Made by a program: the position numbers and the translations under genes. This document shows, piece by piece, positions 9,397 to 17,532 of a stretch of 18,854 nt of DNA. Each line of letters opens with the position of its first letter. The first letter of the stretch is position 1. Origin of the DNA: Gemmatimonadota bacterium. GTDB lineage: Bacteria; Gemmatimonadota; Gemmatimonadetes; Gemmatimonadales; Gemmatimonadaceae. The stretch spans positions 1-18,854 of the forward strand of contig JANMLN010000197.1 in assembly GCA_031372565.1 (NCBI GenBank), given 5' to 3'. The notes beneath the pieces are model-generated. The model saw only the letters and a list, made by a program, of their open reading frames with translations. It had not been told where the DNA came from and ran no database searches.

Positions 9397-10542
9397 ATGC
9401 ACGGCATCACCCAGAAGCTCGTCGCGCTGATCGAAACGCACGGATGGGAGCAGGACTTCGAGCGCGCGATCCAGGGTGCCCAGCTCCACGACGTGGCGAG
9501 CGTGCGCGGGATCCGCTGCCTGGCCGACTACCTCGCCTTCGTGGATGCGCTCGTCACCTGGACGCCGCACGAGCGCGGCGATTCACGCTTGATCAACGAG
9601 CAGCTCATCCGGTTCTACTTCTTCCTGGACCAGGAGCCGCTCAAGTCGTTGCAGAGCGCCCTCACCCCCGACGCGCACGCCGTCGCCCTCTCCCCGCTCT
9701 CAGCGTGGATCGTGGAGTTCGCGCAGGTCTGGGGCGCGTACCTCGACACCCTCCCGTCCGCGGCCGAAGTCCAGAGCTTCCGCGACAACCCGATCTTCAA
9801 CTGGGACGAGTACATGCCGCCGCCGAGCGGCTACCAGACGTTCAACCAGTTCTTCGCGCGCCACGCGAAGCCGGGGATGCGCCCCGTCGCCGCGCCGTGC
9901 GACGACCGCGTCATCGTCGCCCCCAGCGACGCGACCTTCGTCGGCTGGTGGCAGGTGAGCCAGCGCTCGCGCGTCTACGTCGAGGACCGCGTGCTCGCGA
10001 TCAAGAACCTGCAGTGGTCCATTCACCAGCTGCTCGAGGGAAGCGCCTACGCGGACCGCTTCCAGGGCGGCATCTTCACGCACTCGTTCCTCGACACCTT
10101 CGACTACCATCGGTGGCACGCGCCCGTGTGCGGCACCGTGCTCGAGGCGCGCGTCCTGCAGGGACAGGCGTACCTCGACGTGACCGTCGGCACGTCGGTG
10201 GTGGACGGGCACACGGTGAACGTGCTCGAGACCCCCGACGGCACCGGCTACCAGTTCGTGCAGACGCGCGGGCTGGTGGTCCTCGACTCGCCCATCGGGC
10301 TCGTGGCCTGCCTGCCCATCGGCATGGCGCAGGTCTCGAGCGTCGTGCTCACCGCCGAGGTGGGTGTGACGCTGCGGAAGGGCGAGGAGCTCGGCTACTT
10401 CCAGTTCGGCGGCTCGGACTTCGTGATGGTGTTCGAGCGCGCGAGCAACGTGCACCTCACGTCGCGTGTGGGCGTGCACGCGCAGCAGGGGAGCTGCATC
10501 GGGCAGGCGTATCCGGTGATGGAGCGGGCGCGACGGCGCTGA
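9397..10542 (+). CDS. psd: Phosphatidylserine decarboxylase family proenzyme
   Basis: TFNQFFAR..PGMRP, IVAPSD, DYHRWHAPV, IGMAQVSS, and KGEELGYFQFGGSD (GGS self-cleavage motif). GGGAG RBS before ATG 9397. Substrate not certain. Confidence 0.9.
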   Translation: MHGITQKLVALIETHGWEQDFERAIQGAQLHDVASVRGIRCLADYLAFVDALVTWTPHERGDSRLINEQLIRFYFFLDQEPLKSLQSALTPDAHAVALSPLSAWIVEFAQVWGAYLDTLPSAAEVQSFRDNPIFNWDEYMPPPSGYQTFNQFFARHAKPGMRPVAAPCDDRVIVAPSDATFVGWWQVSQRSRVYVEDRVLAIKNLQWSIHQLLEGSAYADRFQGGIFTHSFLDTFDYHRWHAPVCGTVLEARVLQGQAYLDVTVGTSVVDGHTVNVLETPDGTGYQFVQTRGLVVLDSPIGLVACLPIGMAQVSSVVLTAEVGVTLRKGEELGYFQFGGSDFVMVFERASNVHLTSRVGVHAQQGSCIGQAYPVMERARRR

Positions 10543-10674
10543 CGTTCCCCCGCGTCTGCGGACGCCGGGCGGGGCGCTCACGTCGCTGAAGCCGACCACG
10601 ATGCGGTCACTCCGGAGTATGACATTCAGTGTTATGGGGCCCGTCAGCATGCGCTGCACGCGCATCATGACATC

Positions 10675-10830
10675 AAGCTGCCGCACCCGCTGCATGACGA
10701 ATCGAAGCCGGCGCGGAAGCCGCTCGCGGTGTTCGGCCCGCAGGACGTTCACCATGATCCCGTCGCGCGAACCTGTGTGTGTCCGGCAAGCAAGTCGCTC
10801 TATCATCGGGGCGCACAGCGCGTGACGGGT
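10675..10830 (+). mobile_element. Possible IS1182-family transposase internal fragment
   Basis: Manual translation: LPHPLHDESKPARKPLAVFGPQDVHHDPVARTCVCPASKSLYHRG, resembling the F.YD....C.CPAG..L region of IS1182 transposases. Confidence 0.55.
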
Positions 10831-11050
10831 GATCAAGCCGGTGCGGCAGACCTGCGCCGCCCAGCAGCGGAACTTTGACGCGTTCCGGCACGAGTACAAC
10901 GACGAGCGTCCGCATGAAACGTTGGGGCAGCAGACGCCTGCCTCGCAGTGCCAGGCCTCCTCGCGTGCCTATCCCGCTCGGCTCCCCGTGCCCGAATACC
11001 CGGGGCACTACCTCGTGAAGACCATGAACACCGCCGGAACCTTCCGCCGT
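10829..11050 (+). mobile_element. IS481-family transposase C-terminal fragment
   Basis: QQRNFDAFRHEYNDERPHETLGQQTPAS..SSRAYPARLPVPEYP..VKTMNTAGTFR. No DDE core or ends. Confidence 0.8.
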
Positions 11051-11090
11051 ATCAACCATGGTCCCGGCTGTTCAGCGGCGTCCATCGCGG

Positions 11091-11630
11091 CTAGCGCGGG
11101 CCGGATTTCACGGTGCTGGGGGAGTGAATGGGCGGCGGAATGTCCGTGTTGAAGATGTCCACCATGATGCGCCATTCTCCGTCGGGTTGCCGCTTCCACA
11201 CCGACACCCATTTGCCACGTTCAAGCAATTGTTGACCGTCAGGCCCGAGCATCGGCGAGTCGAAAGTGCCGCGCGTGTATCCCAGATCCCCCGCGGTCGA
11301 CACATCCGCCGCGACCAGCCGCGCTCGGTTCGCGAAGCCAGGAATGCCGAAGACGTGGCGCCACTCGGCGAGAATCGCGGTGCGGCCTTCGATGATTGAC
11401 TCGGCCACTGGCATCATGACCGCCTCCTCCGCGTAGAACGAAGCGGCGCGGTCGGCATCGCGCGCCGCGATCGCGGCCTGCACGAGCGAATCCGCGGTTC
11501 GCAGAGCGGAAAGTGCCTGCGCCGCGTCGGGCGTGATCATTGAGGGTTGCCTGTCGCACGCCAGACCAAGCACCAAGGGTGACACGAGGAAGGCGTATCG
11601 CAATCGTTGAGTCAACAAGGCATGGTGCAT
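11091..11630 (-). CDS. DUF4440/SnoaL-like (NTF2 fold) lipoprotein
   Basis: Lipobox LGLAC; ARDADRAASFYAEEAV..GRTAI..GDLGYTRG..GKWVSVWKRQPDGEWRIMVD. GGAGG RBS before ATG 11630. Confidence 0.9.
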   Translation of the reverse strand: MHHALLTQRLRYAFLVSPLVLGLACDRQPSMITPDAAQALSALRTADSLVQAAIAARDADRAASFYAEEAVMMPVAESIIEGRTAILAEWRHVFGIPGFANRARLVAADVSTAGDLGYTRGTFDSPMLGPDGQQLLERGKWVSVWKRQPDGEWRIMVDIFNTDIPPPIHSPSTVKSGPR

Positions 11631-12069
11631 TCGCCTCCCGGGAAGAAACCGCGCACTCCACTTGGTCCCGCGAGGCCGGACGTTGCGTCGGAATGGCCCG
11701 TCGCTCAATGGAACGGTGATGGTCCGCACCCGAGTCGGTCGTCTGCTCGGCTTGAACTTCCTTCTGTGTACGGAGACTCCGGCAACGGGGGGCGAGGACG
11801 ACCTGGCGCGCTCCTGCAACTGACGCACCAGAGCGTCGGCATGCGAGCGCCGGCGCGTTCCGGGCCTGCGCGGGTGCGTCGGCGTGGCACCGCGTCGCGG
11901 CGTCCCCGTCTTGGCGTCGTGGCTTCGCGGTGCCGCACCCGATCCGCGAGTGTGGCGGCCGAGCCACGGAGCCGAATGCCGACCGCTGTCGTCATTTGCA
12001 CCCCGCAGGGCCGTTACTTGTCACCGATGACGCGGCGGCGATTGAAGCTGGTGATCTCACGTCCCAGCG

Positions 12070-12085
12070 TGGCGCAAGAGTTGCA
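12070..12085 (+). promoter_or_regulatory. Sigma54 (-24/-12) promoter
   Basis: TGGCGCAAGAGTTGCA has exact GG-N10-GC spacing, about 90 bp upstream of a PEP-CTERM gene, a known association. Confidence 0.7.
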
Positions 12086-12173
12086 GTGCCGCACTGTGTC
12101 GAGTCGCGCGCGATGCCGCGCGCCTGTTGTTGCCTAGCGGGGGCCGAACCCCCCGCGCACCGGAGTGCTTCCC

Positions 12174-12869
12174 ATGCGTTTCCGTCACCTCGCTTCCGCC
12201 CTGCTTCTCGGCTCGATCATGCAGCCCGCGATGGTCGGGGCGCAGTCCATCAACCTCGGCACGGGGTTGAGTGCGGGTGGGGTGGCGCTGGCAGACGGCG
12301 CCACCGATCCCTTCTGGACGACGTCCGTAAACGGCGGAGCCACGTTCTCGGCCGCCAAGGTGTTGGGCAACAGCTTCAACACGCCGTGCGGGTGCAGCAT
12401 CCTCCCGAACGCACTGTCCGGCAAGTGGATCAACACCACCGGCCAGATCGGCACGGGATGGCCCATCGGCCAGACGGTCTACACGCGTCGCTCCTTTGAC
12501 CTGTCCGGTTACGATCTCACGTCGGTCCTGCTGTCGGGCTCGTTTGCGGTCATGGACAGCAACCTCGGCCTCTACCTCAACGGCACCCTGCTCCCGGGGA
12601 CCACGCTCCTGTACCCGAGCTACACCCCCTGGTCCTTCCTCACCAACTTCTCGGTGCTGGGGACGAGCGGACTGTTCAACGCCGGGGTCAACACGCTCGA
12701 GTTTCGTTCGACCAGCGTGAACTCGATCTACGACGGCGTCATGCTCCAGAAGGCCAGCGTCGACGGCGACTACACGCCCCCGGCGACGGTGCCCGAGCCC
12801 GCGAGCTTGGCGCTCATGGCCACCGGACTGGTCGGCGTGGCGGTCGTGGGGCGGCGTCGGCGCCGCTAG
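12174..12869 (+). CDS. PEP-CTERM sorting domain protein
   Basis: N-terminal signal peptide, Thr/Ser/Gly-rich beta-sandwich-like body, C-terminal VPEPASLALMATGLVGVAVVGRRRRR. Confidence 0.95.
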   Translation: MRFRHLASALLLGSIMQPAMVGAQSINLGTGLSAGGVALADGATDPFWTTSVNGGATFSAAKVLGNSFNTPCGCSILPNALSGKWINTTGQIGTGWPIGQTVYTRRSFDLSGYDLTSVLLSGSFAVMDSNLGLYLNGTLLPGTTLLYPSYTPWSFLTNFSVLGTSGLFNAGVNTLEFRSTSVNSIYDGVMLQKASVDGDYTPPATVPEPASLALMATGLVGVAVVGRRRRR

Positions 12870-13293
12870 CGCCGGGCGCGCGAGCTGAACGCAATACGGG
12901 GCGCCGGTCAGTGACCGTCGCCCCGTTTGCTTGTGATGCCATGCCGAAGTGTGTCGGCTGGTGTCCGATCACCTGCACCGCCTGCAGACGGTCTGCGACG
13001 ACCGCGTCGCGCGCCCGTGCTCTTCGCGCGCGCATCGACGCCAGCAACCGCTCAGTCGCTGAGGTGATGCGCGTGCGTCTCGGTGGATCCGGCGACCGCC
13101 ACGCGGCGCGTCGGCTGCATGTGGACGTGTCGCAGCCGTGCTTCTGACAGTTCAAGACCAGTCTGTTCCGTAGATCGGACCCGACCTGCGACAGCCCGAC
13201 GCCGGCTCCTCGCGTTTCTGGCCAAAGCGATCAAGTCGCGACGCTTACGCCTCGCGGGACGCGCGCCCAGTGCGCGGCCACACTCGTCGCGAT

Positions 13294-13803
13294 TCAACGC
13301 GTGACGTCCGGCTCGCCCTTTAGCTGCCGCTGATACTCGGCGTCATCGAAGTGCCCGTCGGATGTCAGCAGGAGTCCGTTTGGCCCAAAGGTCCAGCGCT
13401 CGTATCCTCTCAGATTCACTGCCTTCCCGGTGCCTCCGGGCCCCGTGTTGGTTCCCGTCCAGGTCCAGTGGAATACGGTCTCGCCCGGTTCCTGTCGCAG
13501 CGAGTCCAGTCGAACGACCATGTCGGGAAACGCGGCCATGTACGAGCGAGCCGTCTCCACGATTGCGGCCCGCCCGACGGAGGCGGCGCCGTTCACGATG
13601 AGCGAGCCGTTCTCCTCATACATCTCGCCGAAGCGAACCGGATCCTTGCCGCTCCACGCGGCGGCGTACCGAGTCGCGAAGCCCGGGCGATCGTCCGCCG
13701 CCGCGGGCTTCTGTTCCGGACTGCACGCGACAACGAGTGCGGCGCACACGCACGTCGCATAACCTACGAAGCGCTGGTGGCCAATTGATCGCGCCCAGTT
13801 CAT
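13294..13803 (-). CDS. SnoaL-like / ester cyclase family lipoprotein
   Basis: Lipobox LVVAC; YAAAWSGKDP..GRAAI..AFPDMVV..HWTWTGTNTGPGGTGKAV..GYERW. ATG 13803 is used because ATG 13908 lies inside an attC. Confidence 0.9.
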   Translation of the reverse strand: MNWARSIGHQRFVGYATCVCAALVVACSPEQKPAAADDRPGFATRYAAAWSGKDPVRFGEMYEENGSLIVNGAASVGRAAIVETARSYMAAFPDMVVRLDSLRQEPGETVFHWTWTGTNTGPGGTGKAVNLRGYERWTFGPNGLLLTSDGHFDDAEYQRQLKGEPDVTR

Positions 13804-13850
13804 GCGACGGCTCTGTGTGATGGTTGGATTGGCACGGAGACCAGGTCTCC

Positions 13851-13946
13851 GCATAACGTTTGCGCTCAGCGGCAGCGGCATCAAATGGAAGCGCGCGAAA
13901 GGCGCCATCCATAGCGCCGCTGTCCGAGTGCAACGCTGGGTCAGGC
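13851..13946 (-). other. attC site
   Basis: Minus strand: GCCTGAC ccagcgttgcactcggacagcggcgc...gccgctgccgctgagcgcaaac GTTATGC, a textbook bulged stem. Confidence 0.9.
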
Positions 13947-13979
13947 CGACCCGAACTGGCTCATCGACCGCTGACCCGG

Positions 13980-14378
13980 TCAGCTCGAGGGAATCGCTTC
14001 GTGAAACTGCAGCACGTTTCCTTCAGGATCGACGCCATCAGCATAGCGCCGACCCTCGGCCTCCCACTCCCGCTCAACAGCGTCCAGCGCGCCGCCGACC
14101 TCGGCCGCGACTGCGCGTGCGCGCAGCAACGATGCCACCTCGAACGACAGTTTGATGGTCGCCTCCTCTCGGCGCAGCGGCGGCACGTCAATCGTGAAGG
14201 TGGCCGCAATGTGCGCGGGGATGGCGTGCAGCATCAGCCGCGAGCCGCCAAGACGTAACTCGACGATGGACGGGCGCTCTTCCACGGCCGTGACGTCAAG
14301 GACTCGGCGATAGAACGCCGTCATGACGCCGAGGTCCTTGGCGTAGAGCACGGCATTGAAGCCGGAGGAAACGCTCAC
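13980..14378 (-). CDS. VOC/glyoxalase family protein
   Basis: VLYAKDL..MTAFYRRVL..IKLSFEV..DGVDPEGNVLQF. AGGAG RBS. Confidence 0.9.
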   Translation of the reverse strand: MSVSSGFNAVLYAKDLGVMTAFYRRVLDVTAVEERPSIVELRLGGSRLMLHAIPAHIAATFTIDVPPLRREEATIKLSFEVASLLRARAVAAEVGGALDAVEREWEAEGRRYADGVDPEGNVLQFHEAIPSS

Positions 14379-14427
14379 TCGACTCTCCTGCCTTCACGAG
14401 GGATCGACCACGATCGCGATTCGTTCA

Positions 14428-14523
14428 GCCTCACGTGTGCTTCTGCTGCGGACACTCAACATAGAAGGCGGGCGTGCAGCGCCCGCTACCTCAGCGTGGC
14501 TGTCAGCAGAAAGTTCGATATGC
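14428..14523 (-). other. attC site
   Basis: gcctcac gtgtgcttctgctgcggacac..gcgggcg/cgcccgc inner stem..gtggctgtcagcagaaag..gatatgc. R' GTGAGGC, R'' GCATATC. Confidence 0.8.
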
Positions 14524-14575
14524 TGCCGTGCGCATTCAAGCCGACACGTCGCGTCGCGGATTCCTTCCGGCGCAC

Positions 14576-16483
14576 CTAACGCGGTTCCTCGACCCATACT
14601 GGCACGCGCGTCGTCACCGGCGGGCCAAACGTTGACGTGACTTCAAGCACGAGTGTACCCGCCCGCCTTGGGGCCACAAGCACGTCCATCGTTTCGCCAG
14701 GCGCGAGCAGTTGATCCGCGGCCACTCTCACGCGCTGTCGTGCTGAGAGATCCGCGCCGTCCTTCGCCACGACCGTCCATTGCAGGACCGCCTCGCCCTC
14801 CAGGAGTCTCACGTGCTTCACTGCAACGGCACCAATGCTGATGAGGCGGATGCGATGGGTAGTGCCGGCTGCGAGCCTGATCGGCACTGGGTCTCTGCGA
14901 CCATTGATCATCGACCCCGCCGGTGCGCGGACTGAGTCGGCGGTCGAGTCGGCGAGCACGATGACGCGCTCGTCGAGATCGGGTCGGCGGTTGCGTGCGC
15001 GAACGATCATCGCGCCGTAGAGCCCGCCCGTCAGTTGGTTGAGCTCGCCAGCGTGGGTGTGATAGATGAACGTGCCGGCGCGCGGCGGCGTCATGTGCGC
15101 CACGAAGGAGTCGCCAGGTGCGATAATCGGGGCGACGCGAGTTCCGGCTCCGCTCCAGCCCGCGACGCCATCATAAAAGCTCTCGAGCTCCATTCCGTGC
15201 CAGTGAACGGCCGTCGGTTGCCGGCTTCGATTCACGACGGTGATTGCGGTCGGCTCACCCTGCAGGAGTTCGATTGTGGACCCGGGAAGCTCGACAGAAT
15301 CGCGTGCGGGCTCGCGCCCGTTGCGCTGCAGCACGTATGCCAGCGACGGACTGCCGCCGCTTGGCGCCGCGCGCTCTGTGACGAAGAGTCGTAGACCCCG
15401 CCGCGGGGTCTCCGCGGTCTCCGCGGCCTCCGCCGACTGGGGCGCTGGGCGCACGCTGATCGCCGTGATGAGTCCTGCCATGACGTCGGAGACCGTGCCG
15501 TGGTCTGCGTGCGTGTGTGCCCCCGCTGCCGAGCCCAGCCGAAGCGCTTCGTCAATGTGGCTGATGGTGTGGCAGTGGAACAGCCAGTTCCCGGCGCGCT
15601 CGGCCTTCCAGCCCATCGTCATCGATTCGCCGGGCAACAGGAACTCCGTAACCACCAGCCGAGACGCGGCGCCAAAGGCCGAGTCCGTGAATGGCGTGCC
15701 GCGCGACTGCACCCGAAAGTACGTCCCGTGCAAGTGCATCGGATGGCTATGCTGGCTGAGATTGAGCACTCGCCAGCGAATCGAGTCGCCTTGGTCGTAC
15801 GTGAGGCGTTCTGTGAAGGGCCAAGATTGACCGTTGATCGCGAACACTTGCCGGGGGCCGTACGGCGAGGCGGGATTGCGGAGCGAGTCATCCCACGCCG
15901 TCATGACGAGAAGCCTCTCGCGCGAGTTCTGGACGCGTGAGTCGGTGCCCGCTGAGTCGACGATGAATGCGGCGACAAGCTGTGAGTCATCACGTCGGCT
16001 CAGCAAGGTCGGTGTAGGGGTCGTGCGCGCGAAGTACGCAAACGTCCCTGCCCGTCGAACGACGAAGCGCAGCTCGCGCAACTCTCCAGGGGCAAGAGAC
16101 ACGGAATCACGTCGACCATCGTGCTCGTGCAGCCCGTGCACCGTGGCACGTTCAGCAAGACGGTTGCGGATGGTGATGCGGAGGCGCGTGCCGGAGGGGA
16201 CGCGGATCAGAGGTCCAGGCACAGTCGCCGGTCGCCCCACTTCTGCAAAGCCGGACACGTCTACATCGAGAGTGCTCGGTGCATTCGGACGCCACGTCAT
16301 TCGCCGCACCTCGAGCGCAAGCGAGTACTCACCATCCTGTAGCCTGCCTGCAATCTCACGGTGGTTGTTGCTCGTGAGGTCGGCGACATCGGGGCCTGCA
16401 CTGCGCGCACCGATGGTCGCCAGGACAACCAGCGGAGCGAGGAGCAGCGTGTTCGCTCGTGACCGCGGGCGTGGGGGCGTCAT
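14576..16483 (-). CDS. Secreted multicopper oxidase with about four cupredoxin domains
   Basis: PGPLIRV, HPMHLHG, WLFHCHTISH, PGSTIEL, VHWHG, GTFIYHTH..GLYG. Start at ATG 16483 because the longer ORF would cross an attC. Confidence 0.9.
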   Translation of the reverse strand: MTPPRPRSRANTLLLAPLVVLATIGARSAGPDVADLTSNNHREIAGRLQDGEYSLALEVRRMTWRPNAPSTLDVDVSGFAEVGRPATVPGPLIRVPSGTRLRITIRNRLAERATVHGLHEHDGRRDSVSLAPGELRELRFVVRRAGTFAYFARTTPTPTLLSRRDDSQLVAAFIVDSAGTDSRVQNSRERLLVMTAWDDSLRNPASPYGPRQVFAINGQSWPFTERLTYDQGDSIRWRVLNLSQHSHPMHLHGTYFRVQSRGTPFTDSAFGAASRLVVTEFLLPGESMTMGWKAERAGNWLFHCHTISHIDEALRLGSAAGAHTHADHGTVSDVMAGLITAISVRPAPQSAEAAETAETPRRGLRLFVTERAAPSGGSPSLAYVLQRNGREPARDSVELPGSTIELLQGEPTAITVVNRSRQPTAVHWHGMELESFYDGVAGWSGAGTRVAPIIAPGDSFVAHMTPPRAGTFIYHTHAGELNQLTGGLYGAMIVRARNRRPDLDERVIVLADSTADSVRAPAGSMINGRRDPVPIRLAAGTTHRIRLISIGAVAVKHVRLLEGEAVLQWTVVAKDGADLSARQRVRVAADQLLAPGETMDVLVAPRRAGTLVLEVTSTFGPPVTTRVPVWVEEPR

Positions 16484-16579
16484 GCGACGGTCGGTATCGC
16501 GGCGAGCGCCGAATGTGATGAAGGTGGGAAGCCGACGGCGGTCGTCAGTGGTGCTCCTGCTTGAGAGGAGGGATGGTCG

Positions 16580-16692
16580 GCATAACGAAAAAGGTTCAGC
16601 TGCGGGGCCATCGGACGAGTATGCCGCTGGCGTGTGCAGCGAGCAAGGTCGCGGTAGGGCGACCTGGCCCCGAGCTCCCACGAGCGTTAGGC
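16580..16692 (-). other. attC site
   Basis: R'' GCCTAAC contains the toxin TAA stop. Arms ggttcagctgcggggcca / tggccccgagctcc; R' GTTATGC. Confidence 0.9.
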
Positions 16693-16989
16693 GCCGGTCG
16701 CGATCTCGTCCGGGTCCCAATCCTGGCGGCCGTGGCGAATCGTCAGGATGACGATCTGCGTCGCGTCGATGCGGTAGACGATGCGATACGGTTTGTGCTG
16801 GAGCTGCCGATACGCCGCCTTGCCAATCTCCGGGACGATATGTCCGCGCTTGGCAAACCGATCTAGGCTGGCGACGCGCGCGAGCAGCTCCTCGAGCCAG
16901 GCCTGCGCAGCGTGCGGGCGGTCCAGGGCGATCCGCTCGACGGCCTCCAGCGCCCGGAGCTCGGCGAGCGGCGACCAGACGACCTTCAC
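16687..16989 (-). CDS. RelE/ParE family toxin
   Basis: MKVVWSPLA..I..DRPHAA..RGHIVPE..PYRIVYRI..IVILTIRHGRQ. GTGA overlap with the antitoxin. Confidence 0.92.
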   Translation of the reverse strand: MKVVWSPLAELRALEAVERIALDRPHAAQAWLEELLARVASLDRFAKRGHIVPEIGKAAYRQLQHKPYRIVYRIDATQIVILTIRHGRQDWDPDEIATGA

Positions 16990-17267
16990 CGCCCCAGGCG
17001 TGCGCGCAGGCGCTTGGCGACCGCGGCGTGGCTCACGCCCTTGCCTGCGGCGACTTGCGCTTCGGCTTGGCGCACGTCGCGGAAGAGCGCGAGCTCGTCC
17101 ATCATCGACTCGTACGACTCCACGTCGAGGAGGACGGCGGCGCTGCGGCCATGCTGCGTCAGGATGACGGGTGCTCCGGTCTCGCGCACCTGGTCGATGA
17201 ACTGCGCGGCGTTCGCGCGGAACTCGGTGACCGGGTGAATGTCACGCGTGGGCTTGAGCTTCGACAC
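16986..17267 (-). CDS. Phd/YefM family antitoxin
   Basis: DIHPVTEFRAN..FIDQVRETGAPVILTQHGRSAAVLLDVESYE. GGAGG RBS. Confidence 0.92.
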   Translation of the reverse strand: MSKLKPTRDIHPVTEFRANAAQFIDQVRETGAPVILTQHGRSAAVLLDVESYESMMDELALFRDVRQAEAQVAAGKGVSHAAVAKRLRARLGR

Positions 17268-17292
17268 GGGGGCCTCCGCAGGGGGTCGCGTT

Positions 17293-17332
17293 CAGTACAG
17301 AATAACGTACAGAACCGATGACGGACGCGCAA
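17293..17332 (-). promoter_or_regulatory. TA cassette promoter with autoregulatory operator repeats
   Basis: TTGCGC-N17-TACGTT. Direct repeat TTCTGTAC x2 with GTAC cores at 17295 and 17307 (12 bp apart) overlapping the -10. Confidence 0.65.
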
Positions 17333-17345
17333 GCGCTCGTCGCGC

Positions 17346-17467
17346 GCCTCACGTGTATTAGGCCGAGGGCAGCAATCATCGTCGGCTCGCAGTTCCACAC
17401 AGCAGGCTGTCGGACCGCGAACGCACGGGTGTTTTGCCGCGCTCGGGCACATTCCAGCGGGTTGCGC
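17346..17467 (-). other. attC site, degenerate
   Basis: gcctcac..ccgagggcagcaa pairs with ttgccgcgctcgg..gttgcgc. R' GTGAGGCGC matches the TA cassette R'' GCGCCTAAC. Confidence 0.65.
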
Positions 17468-17532
17468 AACGAACGTGGATGACTCGACTAACGCTCGACT
17501 TCCAGACAACGCGGGCCGAGCATGCCTCCGTT

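Noticed and set aside
8643..9410. 255-aa ORF as an intact PIN fusion protein
   Set aside because: Chance read-through of unrelated fragments; lacks the PIN N-terminal acidic motif.
11675..11760. Possible attC upstream of the DUF4440 gene (gccggac..ctcaatggaac..)
   Set aside because: Position and A-rich loop motif fit, but the arms pair poorly and no R'' box is evident; at most a heavily decayed site.
11804..11819. Second sigma54-like motif TGGCGCGCTCCTGCAA
   Set aside because: GG-to-GC spacing is 9 rather than the required 10.
12870..13290. Short ORFs between the PEP-CTERM and SnoaL genes
   Set aside because: Arg/Ala-rich with no recognisable motif or RBS; typical high-GC shadow ORFs, as are most antisense ORFs in the track.
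13140..13293. Expected attC downstream of the SnoaL-like gene
   Set aside because: No GCATAAC-like R'' box or convincing bulged stem found.
14574..14580. GTTAGGT core-like heptamer at the MCO stop codon
   Set aside because: Wrong orientation for an R'' box and no partner arm; the real attC is at 14428-14523.
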